Under the pieces are notes generated by a model, which saw only the letters and a program-made list of their open reading frames with translations, was not told the origin of the DNA and made no database searches. The position numbers and the translations under genes were made by a program. DNA of 64,000 nucleotides from Octopus sinensis. Lineage: Eukaryota. How positions within the stretch are numbered: position 1 is the first letter of the stretch; every line of letters starts with the position of its first letter. Shown here in pieces: positions 43,154-53,164 of this stretch. The DNA is taken from positions 70,804,001-70,868,000 of the forward strand of contig NC_042997.1 of assembly GCF_006345805.1 (NCBI RefSeq), in the 5' to 3' direction.

Positions 43154-44001
43154 GGATCTTTTCGGTTTGAACGGAAGTTCGTAACATAATTTCTAGGTAA
43201 CTAAAAAAATTTAAACTTCGTATACTGGTAGAATGTGTTTATAAAACATCATTTTCTCTTGGCTTTATTGAGAAAATTCTATAGTTTGTAAGATATTTCG
43301 TCTTTAATTTCTTGAATTTCGGCAATTTTAACCAATCGCTGACCGTCCATTGAGGTGAATGCATTCTGTGCGTCATCAATATGTCACTCGTTTAAGAAAC
43401 AGATTGGGTTTATTTACATTTGTGATGAAAAAAAGATATCTTTCCCCCACCCCTAACCCTAACCTTAACCCTAAGTAACCCTAAATCTAAAATAGATTGA
43501 AATGCAATAGATCGATACTAGGGTTATAATTATGGGTGACAATTTCATACGACACTGCTAGGGAAAATGGGAGTTTTTCGTAGCGGTGTCAAATGAAACT
43601 ATCACCCATAATTATGATCCTAGTATCGATCTATTGCATTTCAACCTATTTTAGATTTAGGGTTAGTTAGGGTTAGTTATGGTTAGTTAGGGTTAGGGTT
43701 AGGGGTGGGGGAAGGAGATCTTTTTTTCTTCACAAATGTAAATAAACCCAATCTGTTTCTTAAACGAGTGACATATTGATGACGCACAGAATGCTTTCAC
43801 CTCAATGGACGGTCAGCGATTGGTTAAAATTGCCGAAATGCAAGAGATTAAAGACGAAATATCTTACAAACTATAGAATTTTCTCAATAAAACCAAGAGA
43901 AAATGATGTTTTATAAACACATTCTACCAGTATACGAAGTTTAAAATTTTTTAGTTACCTAGAAATTATGTTACAAGCTGCCGTTCAAACCGAAAAGATC
44001 C
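43154..44001. mobile_element. 848-bp fold-back (palindromic) non-autonomous DNA transposon with TSD and TTAGGG-like tracts
   Basis: 43154-43560 is the near-perfect reverse complement of 43581-44001. Termini GGATC...GATCC. GACAATG directly repeated at 43147-43153 and 44002-44008. Contains ccctaaccctaa and ttagggttag tracts. Confidence 0.92.
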
Positions 44002-44959
44002 GACAATGTTTTTGAGATTCCGGTTCGAATGTAAGGCAGGTTTGAAAGGGTTCTCAACAGTTATTAGTAGCAGTGGTAGAGTGTTTATGATGAATATGTA
44101 TGCATGTATGTATATATGTGAGGTAATAGTTTCACTTTGATAGTGAAATTATTAAAGTGAAATTGTTTGACATTACAATAGAGAGATGTTGTTTCACTTC
44201 TGACACGTAATACTGAAATAGTGTAAGAGATAAGAGATTACTCGTATCATTACGCACTAGGCAAGAAGCTGAAAGTTTTTTGGCCCATGACACTGCATGA
44301 ACCGTAAGTAACGCATGTGTAAAATTTGAATGATATAGGTTGGGTACTTCTCGAGATTTAGAGATTCACACAGACAGACACACACAAACACACACACTGA
44401 CACACAGACAGACTGATACACATTCTCATCTTTATATATATACATATATCAGATGAGTTAGAGATGTAAGTGTACATATTTAGAGTCTTAATTTTATTTC
44501 TATACGCTACAAATTCACCCCACAATACTCGCCCTCTAACTTACTATTCACCTGCATTATCTTGTGCTTTTACCTGTGCTCTGAAGTTCTTATTTTGTAT
44601 AATTACCTCATTGATAATCAGATTCGTTTTCAAGAAATGATATGTGTGAAATAGTAATGAATTGTTAATGACAATGAATAATTAATCAATTCTGTAATTA
44701 TCATCAAGCGTAGAAATAAGTGAATCACATATTGGAATCATGTTTACAAAATATATACAGGAGGAAAAGGCGATTAAAAGGAATTAGAGATAATTTAGGG
44801 AGACAAACACTAAAATAAATAAACCGTGGCTGATTAAATGGCGCAGCTACTGAAAGAGAAAATATTGCCATCACTACAATAGAAATTTAGAGAGAGATTA
44901 AGGCAACAAATAAAGTTGAAGGAAGAGAAGTTAAAGGATGTGGACAAGGAGGGGGAGGG

Positions 44960-45065
44960 GGAAGAAGAAGAAGAAGAAGAAGAAGAAGAAGAAGAAGAAG
45001 AAGAAGAAGAAGAAGAAGAAGAAGAAGAAGAAGAAGAAGAAGAAGAAAGAAGAAGAAGAAGAAGA
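44960..45065. repeat. (GAA)n purine tract
   Basis: Directly visible. Confidence 0.9.
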
Positions 45066-45208
45066 AGTAGAAGAAGAACACCACCACCAACAACAACAGC
45101 GAAAATGACAACAATAATAACAACAACGACAATCTGCAACAACGAAAACACGAAGAAAATGTTTTAGTGCATCAATATGAGGAGAAAAAGTACAATACCT
45201 TAAGGGAC

Positions 45209-45290
<82 letters not shown>

Positions 45291-45292
<2 letters not shown>

Positions 45293-45847
45293 GCCCTGAT
45301 GCAGTACCAGGCAGTGGCTCTCATGGCTTCTGATCTTAACTGATTGGAAGTGTTATCGTGTACATTGTTTTGTCTTGGTATAAAAGATGGGCCACAGCAA
45401 ATATTCTGCGCAATACCACAGATTTGCTTGTCAGTTGTTTGACCGTAACCAGTTGAGCATGTCCCTTAGTGGCTGACGATATGTGCATCTCTGATCACGA
45501 GCAGAAGTAGTGGGGAGCATCATAGCCATGTGTTGAGAGGGATTCTTTGGGGTTTGAATAGTTCACCTCTGGAAACATGGGTGGTTCTTTCAACATCCTT
45601 AAACAACCCTTATTCAGGGACCGTTTGAGCGGGATGGGCTACTCAACCTGAAGAAAATTCTAACTGGGCCCCACCTGCAAGGTCATGTGCTGTTTATCTT
45701 GATATGAGATCACCATGTCGCGCACATATGGTTGTGATGCATGTGCCTGGTGTACCTTTATCAGACGGGTTGTCATGATGGATATATTGGGCTTCGTATA
45801 TTTTACCCCGGTGTCACTTTGATGGCATGAACTGCTCTCTCACTCAA
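45291..45847 (-). mobile_element. About 560-bp interspersed retroelement-type repeat flanked by (AAT)n
   Basis: Reverse complement of the copy at 50445-50833 over about 390 bp. (AAT)n on both sides. Confidence 0.75.
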
Positions 45848-46189
45848 TAATAATAATAGTAATAACTTCTTAGCAACAGGTGTGTAGATGAGAGGAATAT
45901 CACAAGAGGTTTTACATGAAGGGTGAGGTGAAGGAAATGGAAAAGATGGTGAGATGAGATTGACGCACCATTAATGTTATCACAAACTAACTGATTGTAT
46001 GAATGATGCAGTTCTCACAATACATGGGAAATTCCAACTAGGCAAATCAAGGAATCCTACAAATGCAGGAAAAGCCTTACAACCAAAGGCATCAGTCTTT
46101 GCCCAAAAGTTGTTCTCTAATCTACAGGCGTATCGCTATGTGTGGCGTATCCACTGTGCGTGTCTTTACTTAAGTAGCTGTGGCATCCC

Positions 46190-46620
46190 AAGTTCCTTCT
46201 AGGAGGCGAATGAATACATTGAATTATAGTTTGAAATCCATTCCTTCAATGTTGGTATTTTTCAAAAGTTGTTTCAACTGGCTAGGATATTCTTGTAGAT
46301 TTGGCAAGAAAACCTTATCATTATGGCAACAATTAAGTGTTTCCTGCGGAAATCTATGTTAATGACATTGCGGGAATACTACGTTCTCTCACCAATCGTA
46401 AATTGAGAATTTTGTTGTTCTTTTATTATATTCCGTCTTCTTATTTGAGCTCTGTCTGCCATAAGATAATTCTGTATTTCATCTTCGTCCATATTTTTCC
46501 TTCTTTCTTGAACTCTGTTTCTCATATCTTGAAGGCAATTCTGCCTTTCATCTTCGTCCATATGTTGCCTTTTTTGTTAAACTCTGTTTCTCTTATTGTC
46601 TAAGTACAGCTGTTTTGCTC
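46190..46620 (-). mobile_element. Helitron Rep/Hel N-terminal remnant
   Basis: Minus strand: charged repeats MDEDERQNCLQDMRNRVQERR, then PQCH*HRFPQETLNCCHNDKVFLPNLQEYPSQLKQLL and, after a frameshift, NYNSMYSFAS. These resemble the Helitron motifs C..C.A..F..E...CC..GKV.L and IR.YNS.FAF.S. Confidence 0.6.
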
Positions 46621-47024
46621 TTGACTCATGTGTCCTCGATTCTGTTGGTCTCTATCTTATTTTGAAAATACATTTCTCTTTGGTCCTGGCTCATTTGTTC
46701 TATCCATTGCTAATTTATTTCCGTTCTATCCCATAGGATACGCTCCCTTTCCTCTTCACTTATTTCGTTTCTTCTGTGTCTCATCCTCGCGCGATGTTTA
46801 TTCGTTATTTCTTCCTGCTTGTCCTCGCACAATCGGTCTCTCCTTCTACGCTGATGTTCACGTTCTGCGTCTCTATGCGACAGTGTTTATTTCCACCACG
46901 CGACACTTATTATCGCAAACATGTTCTAACTAACCCAAACTATATACACGAACATATATATATATATCACGTGATCACGTGATCAACGAGGCCATCAGAT
47001 GTTGTTATACATCGCTGGTGACTC

Positions 47025-47236
47025 AAACGCTGGTCTAGCCTTCGAATGACGCCACTCCGCTGCTTAAGCGAGCAGGCCAAAGAGTGGTGAAAGAGTACAG
47101 CAGGGATCACCACCCCCTGCCCGTGGAGCTTTAGGGTGTTTTAGCTCAATAAACACTCACAAAGCCTGGTCTGGAATCGAAACCGCGATCCTACGACCGC
47201 GAGTCTGCTGCCCTAACCACTGGGCCATTGCGCCTC

Positions 47237-47237
<1 letters not shown>
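47025..47237 (-). mobile_element. tRNA-derived SINE
   Basis: Minus head GGCGCAATGGCCCAGTGGTTAGGG...GGTTTCGATTCC has A and B boxes, no pairing acceptor stem, and a non-tRNA body. Confidence 0.7.
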
Positions 47238-47271
<34 letters not shown>

Positions 47272-47283
47272 GTGTGTGTGTGT

Positions 47284-47331
<48 letters not shown>

Positions 47332-47745
47332 CTGTGGGTTTCCTTTAATTTTTGTTACTTATACACATCAACATATGAACCAAAAATATAGAAAGGAAGA
47401 GACAACGTTGTATACCGAAACCAAAAGATGTTTTTTTAGCTGAGGTGTAATTTTATAATGAAAACAAATTCAAAATTTAAATTTTGGAGCAAAACACATA
47501 CGACACGTTATCTGGTGTGTGGCTGCAGTTGAAATGGGTTAAAACAAATGTGTGTGTGTGTGGATGGGCCTTTAATAGCAGTTTAAGTCCAGTCGCAGAA
47601 AGACATTCAAAACGGCAACACGCACAGTCATATACATACAAACGTACACATACATGCACACACATACACAAACTCATACCTACAGAGAGAGGCAGTCAGA
47701 CAGACAGTAAGTGTCCGATAGCCCAGAACGAAGTTTTCACCACTC

Positions 47746-47779
<34 letters not shown>

Positions 47780-48298
47780 TACCTGCTGTTTTTCCACCGT
47801 CTGGAATTGTTTTAGTTGTGTCTTCAAGCTCTTTCTCTCCCACTCTCTCTCCCAGAATTATCTTGCTATTAATACAATAAATATCCAAAATGATTCAGTG
47901 TTTCAATTGAAAAACGCATACTAATGTTTTAGGGAGTTTTTGTTTAGGATATGGTATCCAATATTTGCTGTGGTTGAAAACACAAAACAAACACTACCTA
48001 CGTTTGAGTCACCACTCACTCCTTTCTCTCACTCTTTCTCTCCCTCTCTCTCTTATTCTCTCTCTCACTCCCTCTCTGTCCCTCCTATGTCAGCAGTTAA
48101 TGATGAAAAAATAAAGGACGTCGTTCTACATATGTGCTTGTACATAATCAGGTGTACAAATGTACAAATTGAAATGCAAAAGAACGAAATAATAAATGGA
48201 CTTATGAATGAAAGTTTGGTAATTGCGTTTAATTCCAACACGCGACTCTTATCGTTGCAAACACGTTTTAAATAATCTAAACTATACACACATATACA

Positions 48299-48344
<46 letters not shown>

Positions 48345-48959
48345 TCGAGTTGTAGCTGTAATTCAAAAGGATCTAAGAACTATGCATGTCTGTGGAGTTA
48401 GTTTTATCCCTATGTGGTAATGAAAAGTGAAAGTGACATCCAATATTTGCTTTGTCTATGTATCTATGTATGCACTTTTCTTTGGATTTATGTATCTATT
48501 GTCTCTCTCACTTTCTCTCTTTCTCTTTCTCTTCCTTTGTGACATTCTTCTTTCCCGCTTTTGACTTAATGTGTATATGTATCCGTGTATCTACTTTTCT
48601 TGCGATGTGATAAACATTTAAAAACACAAAACGAACGCCGTCACCAACCACTGTCTCTTTCACTGTCTCTTTCTCTCTCTCTCTTTCTCACTCACTCACT
48701 CTCTCTTTCTCTCTTACTTCCTCTCTGTCCCCCCTCTCTCTCCCTCTCGTTTTTCCATTTCTTTGAAGTGTGACACATACATGTACGTAAAAAAAAACAA
48801 AAATTTAGTGTATTAATATCATAGATAATAATAATAATAATAATAATACAAAGAAGAAGAACAACAACAACCACAAAAACAAAAAAAACAACAGCAGTAA
48901 CAACAACAACAATAACAACAGCAATAAAAACTACAATATAAAATGGAAAAGAAAAAGAA

Positions 48960-49590
48960 TTCGTTCAAATTTTGGCACGAGATCAGAAATTGTAGGGAAA
49001 AAGGTTAAGTCGGCTGCATCGACTCAAACTCACGTATTTTTTATATCCTGAAATGGTAAGAGACAAAGCTGTTTTGGCGGAATCTGAACTTTAGGTAAAG
49101 AACCAGAACAAATATCGCTAAACACTTCTGGAGTTAGGCTGACAATTCTTTCAGGTCGGCGCCTTGATAATAACTATTCTGCAAGAGCCATAAGGCCTGA
49201 AATTCTAGTGGGATTTGAAGTTGATCGCGTCGGTCCCGGTAATAGATTGGTACATATTTCATAGGCTCTAAAAGTGTAGAAGGCAAAATCGGTGTGGGAA
49301 AAATTGGAACTCAAAAGGTAAAGATGGACGGAATGCCGCTAACTGTTTTGTGCAGCTTGTTAATATTTCTACCAGCTCGCCGCTTTAAAAATAACAATGG
49401 GCATTTTTACTAGAGGCAGATGGCTTGTAATTTAGAGAAGAGTAATAGTCAACTGGTACCTATTTCATTGACCCGAAATGAAGGGAAAATTCAACCTTGG
49501 TGGCATATAAATTCAGAACTTAAAGCCGGAATAAATGCCGCTAAGCATTTTGCTTGGCATAGTAACAATTCTGACAATTTAAGGATCTGT
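48960..49590 (-). mobile_element. Three consecutive degenerate copies of the tRNA-derived SINE
   Basis: Repeated blocks ...gaactc...ccgctaa.ca..t...agctcgccgc/gtcggcgcc at about 48960-49170, 49175-49395 and 49400-49590. Confidence 0.65.
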
Positions 49591-49694
49591 GTGGTTTGAA
49601 ACACTATCTCCAATTGTGATCCAATTGTTTTCAAATTTGTTATATAGTTTAGGTTTTGTATACTAATTATGAAAATAAAAATCATTTTCCCTAT

Positions 49695-50444
49695 AGATCT
49701 CTAATTAAAAAGTTATTAGCCTCTGAAGTTTTCAAAATTTGGGTATTTTGGCCAATAGAAGTGGGCAAAGAACTCTGTTTCCATAGTAACCAAGGAGTGT
49801 AACCATCATGTATTTCATAACCTTTTGCAAACAATTCTGCTTCCATAGTAACCAAAGATGCTGCGCATGCGCATAGGGAGTGTAACCACCACGTGTTCCA
49901 TTATTGTTTGTTTTCATAGCAGTTGGAATTCGATTCCAGAATGCTATAGAGGTTTTAGAGCAGTGAGGTGATGGCCACACTTTTAAACCCTTCCCGTTTG
50001 ATGGAAAAAGTGAAGACGGAAGAGGATACAGCTTATTTCTTGATACCAGAAAAGAAGATTTGTAAGAAAGGACACCCCATAAAGAAAAAACAATTTGTGG
50101 GAATCTGTACTGGCGTTGCCAACGGAGAGGCTGCAATGTGTCGGTGCTTCTCCGAAAAGATACATGGTTGGAAGGTGGCTTCCTTTCTCTGAAAATAATG
50201 CTTCTTTTTTTAATACGCCTGAGTCAAGAAAATGACCTCAGTCTGTTTCTGTACGCAAGAACTGGGTATGAATCCGAGCACAGTTGCTCATTACAACAAT
50301 TATGTTCGTGAGTTGTGTGGGGAGGAACCACCTCTGAACTGGGTTGCGGAGCAGTTCCTCCCCACGCAACTCATGAACATAATTGTAATGAGCAACTGTG
50401 CTCGGATTCATACCCAGTTCTTGCGTACAGAAACATACTGAGGT
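49695..50444 (+). mobile_element. Merlin (IS1016-like) transposon 5' remnant ending in an inverted duplication
   Basis: Frameshifted peptides ICKKGHPIK / LYWRCQRRGCNVSVLLRKDTWLEG / MTSVCFCTQELGMNPSTVAHYNNYVRELCG resemble Merlin N-terminal motifs (WRC...C...R..TWLE; ELG...T.VDW.NY.REVC). Arms 50235-50328 and 50354-50444 are inverted copies. Confidence 0.7.
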
Positions 50445-50833
50445 ATGACCTTGCAGGTGGAGCCCAGTTAGAATTTTTTTCTGGTCGAGTAACCCATCCC
50501 GCTGAAAAGGTCCCTGAATAAGGATTGTTTAAGGATGTTGAATGAACTACCCATGTTTCCAAAGGTGAATTATCCAAACCTCCAAGAATTCCTTTCAACA
50601 CACGGTTATGATACTCCCCCACTACTTCTGCACATGATCAGAGATGCACATATCATCAGCCACTAAGGGATATGCTCAAACAGTCAAGGTCAAACAACTG
50701 ACAAGCAAATCTGTGGTATTGAGCAGAATATTTACTGCAGCCCATCTTTTACACCAAGACAAAACAATGTACATGATTACACTTCCAATCAGTTAAGATC
50801 AGATGCCATGAGAGCCACTGTCTGGTACTGCAT
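50445..50833 (+). mobile_element. 5'-truncated copy of the 45291-45847 repeat with (ATT)n tail
   Basis: atgaccttgcaggtgg...ggtactgcatt followed by (ATT/GTT)n. Confidence 0.75.
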
Positions 50834-50869
50834 TATTATTATTATTATTGTTATTGTTATTGTTGTTGC

Positions 50870-50901
<32 letters not shown>

Positions 50902-50903
<2 letters not shown>

Positions 50904-51025
50904 ATTCCGGTCACTGCTGGAATCGAACTCGGAATCTTGGGGTTAGTAGGCCGCGGGCAGATGGCGTAGTGGTTAAGAGCGAGGGCTACTAACCCCAAGA
51001 TTCCGAGATCGATTCCAGGCTGTGA

Positions 51026-51033
<8 letters not shown>
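50902..51033. mobile_element. Two short tRNA-derived SINEs joined head to head
   Basis: The plus copy ggcagatggcgtagtggttaagagc...gagatcgattcc...gtgacctgaataa has A and B boxes. 50902-50949 is the reverse complement of 50986-51033. Confidence 0.8.
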
Positions 51034-51101
<68 letters not shown>

Positions 51102-51149
51102 TCCCATAAATACCTTAGGAATGAGAACCCAGGTTCGAAATTTCCCCAA

Positions 51150-51195
51150 GACACCTGATGAAGGCTGGAAGGTATATCAGCCGTAACGTTGTGTT
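51150..51195 (+). ncRNA. Minimal type I hammerhead motif of the Penelope terminal-repeat type, with a core mutation
   Basis: Stem I GACAC/GTGTT, core CTGATGA (51155-51161), stem II GGCTG/CAGCC, GTAAC in place of GAAAC, palindromic AACGTT stem III and a GUU site. Confidence 0.7.
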
Positions 51196-51730
51196 AACAA
51201 CAAACAAGATGAGGTCAAATATCCATCAAATATAAATTATGTAAATAATGTAATAAATGTATGTTTTAAGCAATGTTTTGACTGTTATTTCTTGCAACTG
51301 CAGTTGGTTCGCGTATGTTTTAATGTTTTTCACTGTTTACTTTGCTCGCGTATATTTTAATGTTTTGACTGTTATTTCTAGCAACTCCAGTTGGTTTGCT
51401 CGTAGCTTTGTAATAATTTGCGCGCGTATGATTTGAGGATTTTTCACTGTTATTTCTAATGTTTTGACATGCCGGCGCCCGCTCACTTCTCGCTACTCTG
51501 ACAGATGATCGAAGAGGCAGTGAATGCGCTGTTTTCTGATTTGCCTAAAATTCTGAAAATTATTAAACTTTAAACACCTTTAACATTTTCGCAAATTTTT
51601 TCTGGAATAAATGAATAACAAATTTGGATTCAGTGTCACAAATAACATCTATATGGTACATTAAGAAAATTTTCTAAATATTTCGAGAAAACAGTGACTC
51701 AAACCACAAAGTTCCGAATTTAATAATAAC

Positions 51731-51739
<9 letters not shown>

Positions 51740-51785
<46 letters not shown>

Positions 51786-52010
51786 GTAGTAGTAGTTTCA
51801 AATTTTGGCACAACGCCATCAATTCCAGGAGGAGGGGATAAGTCGATTACATTGCCCACAGAACTCAACTGGCAGAAATTAGTACCATTGATCCAGAAAT
51901 GACGAAAGGCAAATTCGACCTCGGTGGCAGTTGAATTCAGAAACTAAAGCCGAAAGAAATGCTGCTAAGCATTCTGTCCGGCATGGTAACAATTATGTCA
52001 ACTCAACGCT
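51740..52010 (-). mobile_element. tRNA-derived SINE
   Basis: Same family core (gtcgattacat...gaaaggcaaa.tcgacctcgg.ggca.ttgaattcagaa...gctaagcatt). Confidence 0.7.
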
Positions 52011-52300
52011 TTAACAACGACAACAATAAAAATAATGATAACAAATACAATAATAGCAACAAAACCAACCACAAAAATTGAGGCAGGAAATTTAAAAGAA
52101 AATGAATATAAACAATAACATGGAAGACGATCACGATATCTATGAATGATGACAGCGGTGCTGACCTCCAAGGAAACTAGATTCTAGAAAACAGCAACAG
52201 CGACAGCAAATACAATGACAGCAACACCGTAAACAGCAGCAGCACTGGCAACATTTGAAGTGACTGGAGCAACAACAACAATGAACATACGTTTTCTCAC

Positions 52301-52512
52301 CTGGAGTACCCTCTTGTTGAGCCCGGTCTTTTGGGCCAGCTGCTTCAAGTCTTTTGTGTCTGGATTGTGATTCAGGGCGAAGTAGGATTTGAGCGTGCGC
52401 AGCTGGTGATGTTTGAACGACGTGCGCATGCGTTTCTGCCGAGGCGTCGAGTACGCATCTCTCTCGAGATCATTGGTCGAGCGATCGAGACCTTCGGCCG
52501 TTGTCATGCCAC
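52301..52512 (-). CDS. Lhx2/9: LIM-homeobox Lhx2/9 (apterous-class) gene, internal exon encoding the linker and homeodomain helices 1-2 and the start of helix 3
   Basis: Minus-strand translation (G)GMTTAEGLDRSTNDLERDAYSTPRQKRMRTSFKHHQLRTLKSYFALNHNPDTKDLKQLAQKTGLNKRVLQ matches the Lhx2/9 homeodomain signature KRMRTSFKHHQLR...NHNPDxKDLKQLxQKTGLxKRVLQ. Polypyrimidine tract plus CAG acceptor (phase 1) at 52513 and donor CAG|GTGAGA at 52301/52300 (phase 0). Confidence 0.92.
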
Positions 52513-52623
52513 CTGCTTGCAGTAAATTTGAAGAGGGAGGAGAGAAGAGAACACAAATGATTGAATTGAATACATGCAGTGACACATGGATACACACACA
52601 CACGCACACACTCATATATATAT

Positions 52624-52698
<75 letters not shown>

Positions 52699-52984
52699 AT
52701 ATATATATTTATATTTACATATATTATTAATGTATATGTAGACATATATGTATGTGTGTATATCTTTATATATATATATAAACATTTATATACATACACA
52801 CACACATACATATATATATGTATATATATAGAGAGAGAGACGGAGGGAGAGGGAGAGAGAGAGGAGGGTACATATAAACATATACATATATATGCGTATG
52901 TGTGAAGGTATATACTTATGAATATATGTGTGTGTGTGTATCTATGTTTTTATGTCTGTATGTATGTATATATGTATATGTATG

Positions 52985-53016
<32 letters not shown>

Positions 53017-53164
53017 TGTATGTATGTATGTATGTATGTATGAATGTATGAAGTGAGGAGAAGGCAAATATGTATAGATATATGGATAACAAGAGAGACT
53101 GAGGGTTAGAGACAGATAGAGAGAGTGAGGGAGAGAAAGAGAGAAAGAAAGAAAGATATGAATG

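Larger units (their letters stand above)
8932..52300 (-). other. Lhx2/9: 43,369-bp intron splitting homeodomain helix 3 (LQ|VWFQN)
   Basis: GT..AG ends, compatible phases, and no other VWFQN-encoding exon seen in between. The join is inferred, with no transcript evidence. Confidence 0.8.

Noticed and set aside
43450-43710. TTAGGG/CCCTAA tracts as an interstitial telomere or chromosome fusion site
   Set aside because: They are short, degenerate and symmetrically placed inside a TSD-flanked palindromic transposon.
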